Source: Podarcis bocagei
Lineage: Eukaryota
Length of the DNA stretch: 64,000 nucleotides
Assembly: GCA_964188305.1 (NCBI GenBank)
Contig: OZ076886.1
Strand: one strand, 5' to 3'
Both the position numbers and the translations under genes were made by a program. Below are positions 25,455-38,030 of this stretch, one piece after another. The notes under the pieces were generated by a model, which saw only the letters and a program-made list of their open reading frames with translations, had not been told where the DNA came from and did no database searches. How positions within the stretch are numbered: the stretch's first letter is position 1; every line of letters begins with the position of its first letter.

Positions 25455-28400
25455 ACATATTAAGTTCAACAGCCAAGGTACCATTGTACGTAATAAAATA
25501 TGACACGAAACAAGACCATTCAGCTGTTTGTGAGGCATATTTGGCAAATTTGCTGTAAACCTTTCTCAACATGGTTAGATAAGCATAAATTGTTAAAAAC
25601 AGATAACTTTAAATGCTTAACATAAGGTAATTTGTTAACTGAAAATATATATGAAAATGAAAAAAAAACAAGGCCGCCCACAGTGAAATGCCATGGCTGC
25701 CAAACTTGACATCAAGGACACCAGGAGCTGAGAAAGAAAACTGCACATATATATCCTTCATATTGCTTAAATGATCATCTCATTACCTTTTTACATTGCT
25801 CTATTAATTTTTTTAAAAGGCATGCAACTCCCTCTATTTCCTCAAGAGATGATATACTGCAATTATAGGACTTTTGTAGATTAATTGATGTAGATACTAC
25901 TGCTAAAATGGCCTGCCTTGTTGATTTAGATATTGGCAGGTTTAACAGAAGTGTATTCTATTGATTATCTGTTTACAGAACAATTAGGGTCATATCGTGT
26001 AAAGTGCTAATCACAACTCTTCCAACATTAGTGAGTTCTTGCCACTTTATTCCACTGAGCAGTAAATGCAGCATTTGCTGTCTGTAATAGCCAGTTTCAA
26101 AGATACTGCTAATATAGTTGAGGACTAAGAATTGAACCCATTACATTTTTATTTTAGGAAGGACTTTGGGAAATAGAAGGTGGCAACTACAATTATAACA
26201 CAACTTTTAACTAAGAAGATCTATCAACCAGTTTTAATTACATGTTGATTTAAAAAATGTTGTCTTTAATATATATCTATTTTTTCCAGGTTCATCATGT
26301 TTGGCACCATTCTATTTGGGAGACAACAGATTTATATCATACTTACTTGCCCTGGTTCTGATGACACAATGCTATCATCGATGTCCAACAACACAAGAAT
26401 CTGGATCGTAGAGCTGAGAAAGAATGATGCCTTCCCTGCACTACTCAGAATATCACTACAGAAATTCTGAATCTGATTATTTTTCTAAACGTGTGCTTTG
26501 CTGTCTCAAAAGCATGTCCATGAAATGAGGTTTTACCATGTTATTCTACAAAACTATTTTCTCAACATGTCAAGCGAGTTGAGCAAACTCACCCCCATTT
26601 ATTACACAAGGATGTGGCAAACTCCAGGTCAAAACCCTGCTCAGCCATGGAAGCCCTTTGTTAAGTCAGCTCAACCTATCACAAAGGGCTGTTGTAGCAT
26701 AAAATAGATAATGATACAATTGCATGCCCACTATGCCCATGAAATAAAGCAAATAAGAAATCAATTCAGTAGTGACATTTCCTACATACTCTATGGGTAG
26801 GTTTTCTAAATACTAAAAAGATCTTTCTCAACTTCTGTTATCCCAAAACTTGTTATCCCAACAATTTAACCCAATTAATTCTAAAAGCCAACTAAGAAGA
26901 AAAGTGTAAAAAAATAACAAGATACTGAACTATAAATTATAAGAATCTATGTTTCTGTAAAATTCTGTCTACAAATATGAACATTTATCAGGCACATCCC
27001 TAAAACAAATAGATTAAATTTATTTCTGTAACATGAACAGGTATTATTCTATTTCAGTATGGTTATTCTTAACTTCATTTTTTTAATAATTGCAGTATAT
27101 TTATTGCTTCTAAGATGAAGAGAACTAGTCTATGGACTCTCCAGGCCTCACTGAAAAAGCAGAAAAACTGCCCATTCCTTACATTCTACTGACCTCTAGA
27201 GACTGTGTGATTATATAAATATATATAGATATAGATATGCACACATTTGTGTATAATCATAAATGCTGGAGCAAAAGGATCTAAGCATACATTTACACAC
27301 TATAAATGTGAAGTAACACACACACATTTTATTGTTTCCTAAATACACTTAGGCAAGCCAACACTTATTTCTTTTCTATATTGGCAGCAATGTGAGACTA
27401 TTATGGGAAGCATGTGAGTTCAGCATATCTTACATGTTCCAAAGTGGGAGCTAAGCATTATATTGTTGAATTGTTTAGAAAGTTATTTGACTTTACTCAC
27501 AATTCAAATTATGTTTCACACTATTAAGAATTAAAGTATTCTTATATTGTATTAAATATCATTACAAAGTATGAAATATTCTCTGAATAAAATGAATGCA
27601 TGTGTGATATATAACAAGTGGGTGTCAGTGCTTTTTGGAAATGGTAAGATACTAGTTTCTGCGCTGATGCTTTGATGGTATCTGAGGAAATACCCTCCCC
27701 AGTGTGATATCAGTTATTGACCTAAGAAAAATGGTAAGATGCGACAAGTAAGAGATTCGATGGCATGCCCATAAGAAAATCTCACCAAAGTGAAGTTTGA
27801 TACCCATAAATATTTGGGAATGTAGGTCAGATTATATTTCTACCCTTGTACTAAACAACAGACTATATTTCTACCCCTGTGTTCCCACATACATATGGTA
27901 CGTCTTTATATATGACAAATTATATAGATGGAATTTTTCGATTAAAATGCATTAGAGATAATTTCTGTTGATGCAAATGATATGAGTGCAAATTCTGAAC
28001 ACTAGCAAGTCTCATCAATAAATTTCCACTGCAAGGCTCTGCAATCTTACCAATGCTTTGTTCAGCACTGATAAAAACACCAGTACAACATGAGGAAACA
28101 AAAATCATTCATAGGATTTTTTTGCGGTTAAAATAACAGGTGCAGACATTGTATAAGGCTGACATCCATTAGTTCTGGGTTTCATAATACTTCACTTTGC
28201 ATCAGGTTGTTACAGCATTTTACATCATACTGAGCACTGTAATGCATGATGTAAATTTTACATGTCCTATAAAAAGTGGTGAGATTCATACAGAAGTTTT
28301 AGTGAGAGTAGTACAAATTGAAAATATTAATTGAATCTTAAAACCCTTAAACAACACCCAATTTGGATGTCCAAACCCTTCGCAAACACACAGACATTCC

Positions 28401-31400
28401 TCAGATTATCAAGCTTTTCAATAAAAGCTTTAAAAGCTTATAACAAACTTTTAAGGATAAAAAATCCTTGAAGAGTTGCTGTATAAATCTTCACTTTTAA
28501 AAGCCATTGTGTTCAGTGTGTGTGATATGAGCAGTATTCTTTTGAAGGCATTATATGACAATATAAAATATAAGCACCAGACCTGTATACATGCACACAT
28601 TGAAAATCATACAGCACAATCTATGGGGAACCCCCACTTGTACGAGTGGGTACAGAGCAGTATCAGGACATTATGTACATAGATTCCAATTCATCTATGC
28701 CACATATAAAATTTACACTCAGAACTGTGCATTAACATGATTGACAGAAAGTAATAGCTATATTACAGATATATAATTCCTGATATTTTATTTTTTATAT
28801 AACAGGTGAAAATATAACTATTTCGAGGCCTTGATTTTATTCCCTTTATTTTATGAGAACATTAAGTATGCAAATAAAAAAATAAAAATTCAGGATTTCA
28901 TGTCAATAATTGAAAAAGAATTCTAACTTTTACCCTAATTTAATTAAATGTCGAGCAGAAGAGAAAAACATTATGATTTTGAAGTAACAAAAACGATCTG
29001 AAAGTGAAGCACATGAAAGTACTTTCTATTCCAATACAAGAAATCTGTTTGCCACATTCTTCTATAGTGTTTGAAGTTACAAAAAGGGAATCTCTATATG
29101 TTTGTATAACAAACTGAACTTCTACTTCAGCCTAAATACAGACTAAATACAAATGTCCTTACTGTCCATACACAAGTAGAATCATTAACAGCTAAAAAAA
29201 TAAAACTAGCCTCCTATGCATATGAAGATCCAGTTATTAGAAAGGTCTCGTAGAGCTAATATAAAAACCTATATGCTAAACAATCTTAATGTTTGTAATA
29301 AACATATCTACAATGTGCACACATTAAAATAAGACTTACGAAATAATTTCAATATTAATTTTAAATCTAGTATAATAGAATAATAAAGGCCTGAGTATAT
29401 ATGCACAATCAAGAAGATGGTATGTGTGATTCAACAACTTATTAAGCCAAGTACTTGAATCCAATAAGTTTTTGAAAGCTGTTAACTACACAGAGCACAA
29501 AGTGTGGCTTAGAAAAGCAACTTATTGTTATATTGCAAGTATCCTGCAACTGTTCTATATTTAAAATAATTCCTCACTATTTTAAACCTGATGGTTTGGT
29601 GATCATTGCCAAAAATAAATATTCCCACAGATAGAGGTCAGTGGTTGCCTGAAATTGCATCAGTAAGTGGCTGTATAGCAAAACTCTCTGGGTTTGCTTT
29701 GTCATGTTATTACTGATTACTAGTACAAGAAGGAGTTGCACCATAGGGCACTACAGTATGCAATACACAAATTTCCTCTCTGTCTGCTTGCATTACTCTT
29801 TTTTCACTACAAAATCCAGCTTTTGTGTTTCTTACTCCACTGACAATATTATAGTGTGATTTTTAATACTCATGGATCTGGATCTTTTCCAATCAGCAAT
29901 TTACGCTTTCTGATTCTTTTACAGATTACTCTGTTAAGCACCGACTATTCACCAGGAAGACAACTGTCAGTGCATTTCATTTCTATTAATTTAAGGGCTG
30001 CAGGTTTTTAATTTCTTAATATTTTACTTGGCATTGGCAACCAGTGCACATTTTTATAATGAATCTGGGCATTATTCTTTTAAGAGTGCGCCATTTCAGC
30101 TCTTCCCCTTAGAAAATTTGCATGTTAAAGGGCTTTAGTATTCAGTGATGAAATGTTCTGCATAGTAATGTACAGTAAACTGATTTTACAATTTAAAATA
30201 GCAGACGTGCTATGTGCCTAGCAGAACTGTGATAATTCCAGTAAGTGTGGCTGCAGTTTTAATAACACCCTATAGAATGGTATGAAAATGTAATGATCTC
30301 ACATTACTCTTCAATCAGCAGCCTGCATACGCAGTATCAGCAATGTTTAAGATTTTTTCTTGAGCTTTTATATTCCCATTGCACTGCTCTCTCTTCCTTT
30401 CTCCCCCAACAAATAAAATGATGTTTCCTTTGCTCTACAGCAGCATCTACTGGATTATCTGTAAAATGCTTCAATTCATATTAATCACACTGTTAATGTT
30501 TAGAAGAAGCAAGTTAGCATCTGCCAAAAAGGGTGGGGGAGGAGAGAGCTATGAATGAACTGAAATTTGGTTTGGAAACAGAGGCTTTACTATTGCCATT
30601 TGGCTTAAAGTACCAATGTTAGAAGTATTAGTCTTCCACATTTGTCTTTTGAGTGGTATGGAATATGCATTACTTATTGCAGGTTAGCTTTTGTTTTATT
30701 AACTATCATTACAGTATAAAACATTTTTAAAGACTTGGTTCTGCATAACAGAATCTCAGGTTCTTTGAATTTCTTCCACAATTGATATTCAAAATCATAC
30801 CCAATATTATTTAGCTGTGTTTCATCTGACACAAGGATACACAGAAGCAAAACTGAACTGGCTTTTATCATATTAGCTTTAAAAAAAATTTAAAACAGGT
30901 ACTGCTGCATCGCATACCTTCCAGAGGTTTAAACTGCAATAAGCTACATACAACTTTTTATATTTGGCAATGAATTTGATTTTTCATGTTCTACCAGTTC
31001 TATATTGCACTTCTTCATTTGTTTGTTTTAAATGGCAGGTTTCATACAAAAAGCTACCGTGCAATGGAAGTGAGCACCTACATTTCTGTACACTGATGAG
31101 GAACCATGCTCCCTGGGGGTTCAATTCTATTAACAGAGGCACTGTGGCTCACTTATACATGTCTTGCAAAGTAAAATGTATTTTCAAGTATATGAAAACA
31201 GAAGGCAGTCATAGATTTTGTTTACAATACTATTTTTCATTATTCTTGTTTCCATACTATTGTCTACATTCAAATTATCTTTATATCATGGAAAAGCACT
31301 ACCGTAAGTTTTTGTATATTCTATTGCAATAATAAGATGATACCAATCTTAACAATACCTCGACTGAATTTAAATGTTCCTCCTTTTAGTTAAGGAGTTA

Positions 31401-32555
31401 AATATATCTAGACCTTAGGGGAAAGGAGGGGCAGAAAAAGAATGCATCAACTGCAGATAGAATAATACAGTAGTCTATCAAGTTGGGAGTAGTCTTACAC
31501 TAAAAACTATTTTACACACAAACAAACACACTGCAAAATACAGATAATGACTTTAAGCAAGGACTTCCAAACTGCTAAACACCCTGGCAGCTGTGAACTT
31601 TAAAAAGCAATTAAACAGCACGCGACTGTTAAATTTAATTGTGATATTACTTTCAGCCCTTCTATCCTACCTATGCTCTTCCCTTTAAAAAAAATTAAGG
31701 GCCTAACTATGAAAACCAGGGCTGGTGTATGGTACATAATTGCATTTCCCATTCACCAATCCAAAGTTCAGACCTTCTGACTGATAATTAGCTTCTTTCT
31801 GTGTAGCTGTTATACAGGAAGTCCTTTATTATAATCCAGGTGCACTTGTAGGCAGCACTTTCAGAGTTAACTCCATTTGACAGCTGACATTAAACTACTA
31901 TTCTAATGTGGTGATTGCTTACTAAATCTGGATACTATTTAGGTAGTTTGGTAACCCGTTTCACAGAAGATGATTCTTGGTGCCTATTTATTACATGCTT
32001 TGTGTCTACAGCATGCAATGGACTGCATAACACTTTGGAAGGGCTCTCCTCATTTAACAGCGATGCTGGACAAACATAGCATTGCCACCATCTAGCCTCA
32101 ACTGACCAAGCACAGTTAGATCAAATCCCTACCGGAAAGCACTAAAGATTAATTGTGCTACAAACGGCAGAATGTCTTCTACCTGCAAGGTTGCAAGCTG
32201 AGGAACTGGAATTGCACCTTGAGATTTCCTGAAGCACTGAATTTAACCTTCTGCCAAAGTCCTGCCTTTCACTAGAGCAGCATTTGTGTTCTGTCCACAC
32301 TGAATATAAAAAAGCAAAGAAAAGCATTCCTTGCAAATGCAGCTGCCACACAAGCCCATTTGCAATTGAATCCGTATCACGCTCCAATTCATCAACATTA
32401 CTACAGGTACTTAACATCACAAACAAAAGAAAGCCCGCACAAGATCCTTGCCATCTGCCACTAAAGATGCCTTCCTTGGGTGCGAAATGATTAAAATCTA
32501 CAGCTTGGATTAAGCGACTCCACCAAACCCTCCGATGCAGGCAGGCACTTCTTAC

Positions 32556-32601
32556 CTGCCTCGGTGGAAGCCTTCCTTCCCTTGTTAGCAGTATGAAGCA
32601 T
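32556..32601 (-). CDS. TENM2: Coding part of an alternative (internal-promoter) N-terminal exon, probably of teneurin-2; encodes MLHTANKGRKASTEA + first base of G
   Basis: Minus strand reads ATG CTT CAT ACT GCT AAC AAG GGA AGG AAG GCT TCC ACC GAG GCA G|GTAAGAAG. The phase-1 donor is strong, there is a purine at -3 (GAGATG), and an in-frame TAA lies upstream at 32671-32673. The peptide matches my recollection of the TENM2 short-isoform start MLHAANKGRKPSAEAG, which joins the phase-1 exon G-RPIPP. Identity is from memory, not from a search. No other TENM2 exon was seen in the window. Confidence 0.72.
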
Positions 32602-33300
32602 CTCTAGCCTTCCCAGTCCTTGGCACCGATCGCAGATTGCACGGCTAAGTCCCTTTTTCCGAGAAAATTCTTATCGAAAGTGATTAGTTTTTGTTGTCCT
32701 TTTTAAGTCCCTCCTGCGGGAAGGAGCAGGGGAGCAATGTGACGCCACCTATTAATCTTTTGCAAGAGTGAAAAGGCAGAAAAGGAGCGCTCGATCAAAC
32801 TGAGCTTCACACATGACTAAAACTCGCCCGAGAGGCTGCTAGCTCTGGCTTAAAGCACCACTAGGCGTGAGTGTAAGAACAGAGAAGAGGGGAGAGTCAA
32901 TGGAATGTGACAACGTATGTGCATCAAAGACAAGAAAAAGAGAGAGAACAATGGGGGAGAGAAAGAGAGAGGCAGAGCAGAGCAGAATAAGCTGGAAAGC
33001 AAGACGGAGGAGTTTTAAGGAGAGCTCTTGTAGAATAAGGCAAAGGCGTCTAGCATCTTCTGTTTACCTCTCACTGAGCATGACATCCTGCCTCCCTCAT
33101 ATTCAGCAGCACATTCTTCTGTCTCTTAGGTTTGAAAACGGAGCCAGAGTCACCATGTGTGCTGCTCTCACCTCACTGTCATTTCCCTGTGCCCGGGAAG
33201 CATGCACGACAACAATTCATCCTGGAATACATTTACATACAATTTTAGTTCACGTATTCATTTGAACTGCCTCGACACCTCCCTCTAAAAGTGAACTGCT
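32602..33300 (-). promoter_or_regulatory. 5' leader and putative internal promoter of the MLHTANK exon
   Basis: Local CpG retention well above the window background (many CG in 32480-32870). CRE-like TGACGCCA at 32740-32747, M-box/E-box GTCATGTG (minus) at 32810-32817, and a long pyrimidine-rich tract on the minus strand at 32870-33000. No TEs. The TSS cannot be determined from sequence. Confidence 0.55.
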
Positions 33301-33774
33301 AATTTCTACCTCAATTTACAATGGAGTTTAACTGGCAGATGGAACTCTACTTATAACTACTGACAAACTGCCACTGGTAAACAAAAGCCTGAACAAATGC
33401 TTAATGCTACTAATTGAATTTGCACTGTAAAAAGAAGGGGGTGGGGGAGAGAAAACCATTATCACTGCTGAATCTGTGCTTCAAAAGGAAAGTATGATAG
33501 ACGTTCCCCTCTGTTCACACTGTTATTTTTACACTGAAATAAAGTGGTGGTGGTGGGGAGTTGTGATCAAGAACTAACAATATGCCAAATTAGCCAGCCA
33601 TTAGATTGGTTTTAGAAATAGGAGATACAGTATGATTGAGAATTTAATCTGAGAACGATATTTAGAATTTCGGTTTTGAACCATAAACTGCATCCCCAAA
33701 TATATTGAATTTATATTTGATGTTCAGCACATTCCTATACCTATTGCTCACATTGATATGTTTTATTTACCAAC

Positions 33775-34270
33775 ATTTTTAAAAAATGTTCATTGAGTTT
33801 TCAAAAATTACCACATACAAACAAGACAAACAATAAAGAAACAAAGATCGACCGCGTCGAGAACGTTATTGCAGGTGGAATCAAATAAACAGAAGGTTCA
33901 GTACACTTTGCAGACATAATAGGGAAACATTCTGTGAATGGAGATGTTGGAACTAAGAGTCGCATATTGATAAGGAAGCCTTGCTTCATAGAAGCCTGTC
34001 TTGTTGGGGGCCCATGCAGCACACTATTTTTTATTTACAAAACCTATAAATGGTACCCACACAGCACCAAAATGGTTTCATTTCACAATCCTTCTTAGAA
34101 CTCTCCTATGTTGGGTGAAATGCTCAGAGAAGTCAATGTCCCACACCTTCTCAAACCATCCATCCCTAAAGGGACCCAATGCAGACTGCCAAAGTTTGGC
34201 TATTTCAAGTCTGATTGCAGCCAACAGCAGAGAAAGCAGCTCCTTGTGGACAAGAGTGAGATTTATTTAC
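33775..34270 (-). mobile_element. 5'-truncated L1/Tx1-clade LINE, ORF2 C-terminus plus 3' UTR
   Basis: Minus-strand translation HKELLSLLLAAIRLEIAKLWQSALGPFRDGWFEKVWDI...*NHFGAVWVPFIGFVNKK* fits the non-mammalian L1 ORF2 tail (LLxAAxxxIAxxW...P...W...F...WxPFI). It is followed by a T-rich 3' UTR and a short A tract. Confidence 0.7.
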
Positions 34271-34596
34271 TAAAATTAAGATCACACATAGGTCTAATCT
34301 ATACTAGTCAGTCGTAACATTAAAAACGTTTTATAAAAATGTGACACCAGAGGGTGCTGTAGAGCAGAGATCAATCATCAATGAGAAATTGCATTGAGAG
34401 CTATATTACGTGGGATTTTTTAAAAAGCTTTTTTCAGATCAGTGTAGATCTAGGAATAGAAAGCAACATCTGGTAGCCCACATTTTCTATCTGCATACCA
34501 AGCTGGAGTTACAGGAAAGGTTGTTGAACCAAAAAATAGCACAACTCACACATGCATATTCATTCCCCCTCCCGTCCCTCTCACACACCCCAAGGA

Positions 34597-34985
34597 TGTA
34601 AAAACAGCCCTGTTGGATCAAACCAGACCTATCTTCAGATTAGGTGACCACAACTTTACACAGTATTCCACGCATGGTTGTACCATAGATTTGTACAAAT
34701 GACATTATGTTGTCAATTTTATTTTCAATTACCGCCAGCATGGCATTCACCTGTTTCACAGCTGAAAAGCACATCTACATTGTGCTACCCCAATATCCTG
34801 TTCCTGATCAGACGCAGCCACTTTACAGCACATGACTGCATATGTGAAAGTAAGGTTTTTTGCCCTCAAGTACATCACTTTACACTATCCTACACTGTAT
34901 TGCATCTGCCTTTTTACTGTTTTTTTACTGTATTTTAATTGCCCTCAACAATTTGGTATCATCAGCAAATTTGGCTACTTCACTG
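34597..34985 (-). mobile_element. Old, internally deleted CR1 LINE fragment
   Basis: Minus strand 34949-34984 encodes SEVAKFADDTKL (RT catalytic FADD motif); a CR1-like 3' end lies near 34600-34630. Confidence 0.8.
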
Positions 34986-35224
34986 ATCAGCCCTGACCAC
35001 AGACCCCAAGGGTGCAAACTTTAATAAAATATTGTGGCAGGGGAGGGGGGAGAGTAAGCCCTACCCTACATAATCGATCACAAGACATGGTGCGTACACA
35101 CAATTTGAATGGTCATGCCCATCAACTTTGCGGTGGCTCAGCCCCCTCTAATATTTTATTGGGAGGTGAGCCCCTAGGAATTGGCTCCTATGACAGGTCC
35201 CAATACTCTGATTGACTGAGAGTA

Positions 35225-35290
35225 CTGCCCAGAGTGGCTGGGGCAACCCAGTCAGACAGGCGGGTTCAAGTAGTAAATTACTATTATTTC
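35225..35290 (+). mobile_element. L2-type 3' terminal remnant
   Basis: CTGCCCAGAGTGGCTGGGGCAACCCAGTCAGACAGGCGGG (stem-loop) followed by a degenerate (TAT)n tail. Confidence 0.55.
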
Positions 35291-35434
35291 TACTCTCTGC
35301 TTCCTGGTTTTTTAACGAGTTACTTTACCACAAGAGAACCTTTGCATTTATTCTATGAATGTGATGCTTACTCAGGAGTCTTTGGTAAGGAACCACACCA
35401 AAAGCACGAAGGTTTGCACAAAGCACACATCCAT

Positions 35435-35554
35435 GGGTGGTTTTCAACTAAGTTTTATTCAGAGTAGACCCACTGAAATTAATGAACATGATTAAGTCAG
35501 GTCCATTAATGCCAGTAGCTCTACACTTGTGTAAAACTTAGTTGAATACCACTC
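35435..35554. mobile_element. Palindromic MITE, 120 bp
   Basis: Ends GGGTGGTTTTCAACTAAGTTTTA / TAAAACTTAGTTGAATACCACTC are inverted repeats, and the symmetry continues inward. Confidence 0.75.
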
Positions 35555-36060
35555 CTACTCTCAAAAACAGGAGAGGACTAACTCTCCTGGCTTCCTTTCC
35601 TGGTTGTTCCTTGTCACAGTTGTCTTCTATTTTAGCCACATTACAAACCAAACTTCTTGTGATGGCGAGCAAGAACACCACCATTTGCTCTTCCAATGCA
35701 AGGTATATCTTTTCAATTCCTGGGCACTCAGTTTAATTTTCTGTCATCAGAAAAGTCTTTTCCTGAAGGTTTATCACTGTAGCACTTCTCTAAATCAATA
35801 ATGAGTTGTCATTTATCATAAATATGTCAATTCCAAAATGGACATTGGGAGCTTTCAAATGAACTATGTTCCCAAACTCATCCTCAAATTCACTTGGCCT
35901 AAACAAAAGATAGATGCACAGACAAAACTCTGTAGGTAACCTGTGCCGAGGAGGTTCTACTGTCTTCTCATATTTAAAACTACGTATACCTTTAGATTGT
36001 TCCGTCAGTATCGGAAGGCTTGCTGAAACCTACCAATCTAGCATGACTATTATTTCAACA

Positions 36061-36440
36061 GGGACGCAGGTGGCGCTGTGGTCTAAACCACTAAGCCTCT
36101 TGGGCTTGCTGATTGGAATGTTGGCAGTTCGAATCCACGCAATGGGATGAGTTCCCTTTGCTCTATCCCAGCTTCTGCCAACCTAGCAGTACGAAAGCAC
36201 ACCAGTGCAAGTAGATAAATAGGTAACACTACGATGGGAAGCTAAATGGTGCTTCCGTGTGCTCTGGCAATAGTCACAGTGTCCCATTGCACCAAAAGTG
36301 GTTTAATCATGCTGGCCACATGACTTAGAAAGCGGTCTATGGACAAACGCTGGCTCCCTCAGCGTGAAAAGCAAGATGAGCGTCTCACCCCATAGTCACC
36401 TTTGACTGGACTGGTCTTTACCTTTACCTTTTACCTTTAC
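36061..36440 (+). mobile_element. Full-length Sauria (Squam3-type) SINE
   Basis: Pol III A box GGTGGCGCTGTGG, B box GCAGTTCGAATCC, (TTTACC)n tail, TSD TATTTCAACA at 36051-36060 and 36441-36450. Confidence 0.93.
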
Positions 36441-37869
36441 TATTTCAACAGTATAAAAATTTACTTGGACAAGTAAATTATCTCTGTGAGGAAAGAGAAT
36501 ATGAACTGCCCAAAAGAGACTATGTGCTTAGAGTTACATGAATATATACAAGTTATTTTTCTTCTTAAAATGTGCTTGGAGTTAAATTTTCTCCACCATC
36601 ATTACTGAGCCATGCAAAAGTCATCCCACAGCACATTAGAATAACTATTACAGAGCAAAATTTTGTAATAATGACATTTTCCATGGAAATGTAAATAATT
36701 GGTTTCAAGCCCAAGCCTCATGTAAGTTTCCCTAGCTCTAGGGAAACAACTAATCAAAGGTTTCTCTCACCATCACCTTAGAAAAGCCAATTATAAGGCA
36801 AGTTTAACACTTAGGAGAAAGACCTCCTGCTTCCTTCTCTTACAAACTAGGCCCTCTCATTTCTTTAGCCTTTCTATAGTCTGAAGCTGTGATCCCAAAT
36901 GCCCAAAATTTAGGAGATTAGGGGTATCAAACATGTAATTTTCCAAGAGTGCAGGGAAATGTACTAGTGGTAAGACAGCACAAATTTCTGTTAGTTACTC
37001 AACCTCAGTGCTGACCAGTGAACCAGATTTGTGGGCAAAATGTACTTTTGCAATGCCCAACAGCATAATATCTGATTATTATTATTCAAGTGGAGTAGTG
37101 ACTGCATGTGACAGTGTAAGAAGTGGCATTTATTCACAGCAATAGATAGATATTGAGCCCTGGCTGCATACTTGAAAGCCAAATTTAACTGTCTGACTAC
37201 GCAAAGTACATGGCCCCAGGTAAATGCCGTGAAGTACAGATTCAGTGATTTAAACTTAATTCTCCCCCTGAAGATGGGAAATCCCAGAATCCCCAGCTAG
37301 TTCTTTAAAACTTAGTGAATCATCCTGTAATAGGCACTAAGACCACAATAACGTAGGTTTCACATTATTTTTTCATTTATCTTTCAGTCAAGGTTCTTAA
37401 CAGCTTGCACAGTATATTTTTTAACTGGAGAGGAGATGAGGGCAGAAAAGAAATGCCACTTAATCTGAATACTGACTCATTTGAGGAATGCAGAAATCGT
37501 ATGCCTGCACCCAAAACAAAGGTGCCAAGGGCTTGCATTTTATTCAAAAGTGTATGTGGCTGTATCTAATTGTGACATAAGGCTCTTTGATCCAACAGAG
37601 GACACATTCTCCCTTTGTTCTGAAGCCCCCTATACCACTTCGAATACTGTTCCAAAGCATCAACCAACTCTCTGTAGCAGATGTGGGAGGGTGTTGCAGA
37701 AGGGAGGAGGAATCAACAAAAATGGCTTTCTGCTCTCACTATTTAGAATTGTAAGCCATCACTGAATAAGAGAGCCTTGGGTTAAACAGAGGAACATAAC
37801 TAGATACAAAGCTTTTGTAAAAAAGAATAAATTTAAAAATATTACTTAATTGACTATTTAATTCTCTAT

Positions 37870-38030
37870 ACAGGTAATTAAACCAAGAAGGCACAGTGAA
37901 TGACTTTGAGCCAGCCAGTTTCTCAGTTAACCTATCTTACAGAATTGTTGTGCAAATAAAATGGGAGTGGGGAGACCCCTGTATGCCACTTTGAACAACT
38001 TGAAGGAAAGGTAGGAGATAAATGTAAGAT
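37870..38030 (+). mobile_element. Degenerate CORE/MIR-like SINE remnant with L2-type tail
   Basis: TGACTTTGAGCCAG..TCTCAGTTAACCTATCTTACAGAATTGTTGTGCAAATAAAATGG..TGTATGCCACTTTGAAC..GAAAGG..ATAAATG. Confidence 0.5.

Noticed and set aside
25189-25572. Four overlapping ORFs as a coding exon or endogenous viral fragment
   Set aside because: No recognisable protein motif or flanking splice sites; the open frames are explained by balanced GC content in a palindromic element.
26339-26358. U1 snRNA 5' end (ATACTTAC...)
   Set aside because: Similarity stops after 8 nt; it is just the complement of a donor-like GTAAGTAT.
32867-33265. 132-aa basic ORF on the + strand
   Set aside because: It translates the purine-rich strand of the promoter pyrimidine tract, starts at GTG and is low complexity.
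36064-36080. SINE-borne CTCF site GCAGGTGGCGCTG
   Set aside because: It is the SINE A box, and the 5' CCA of the CTCF core is mismatched at three positions.
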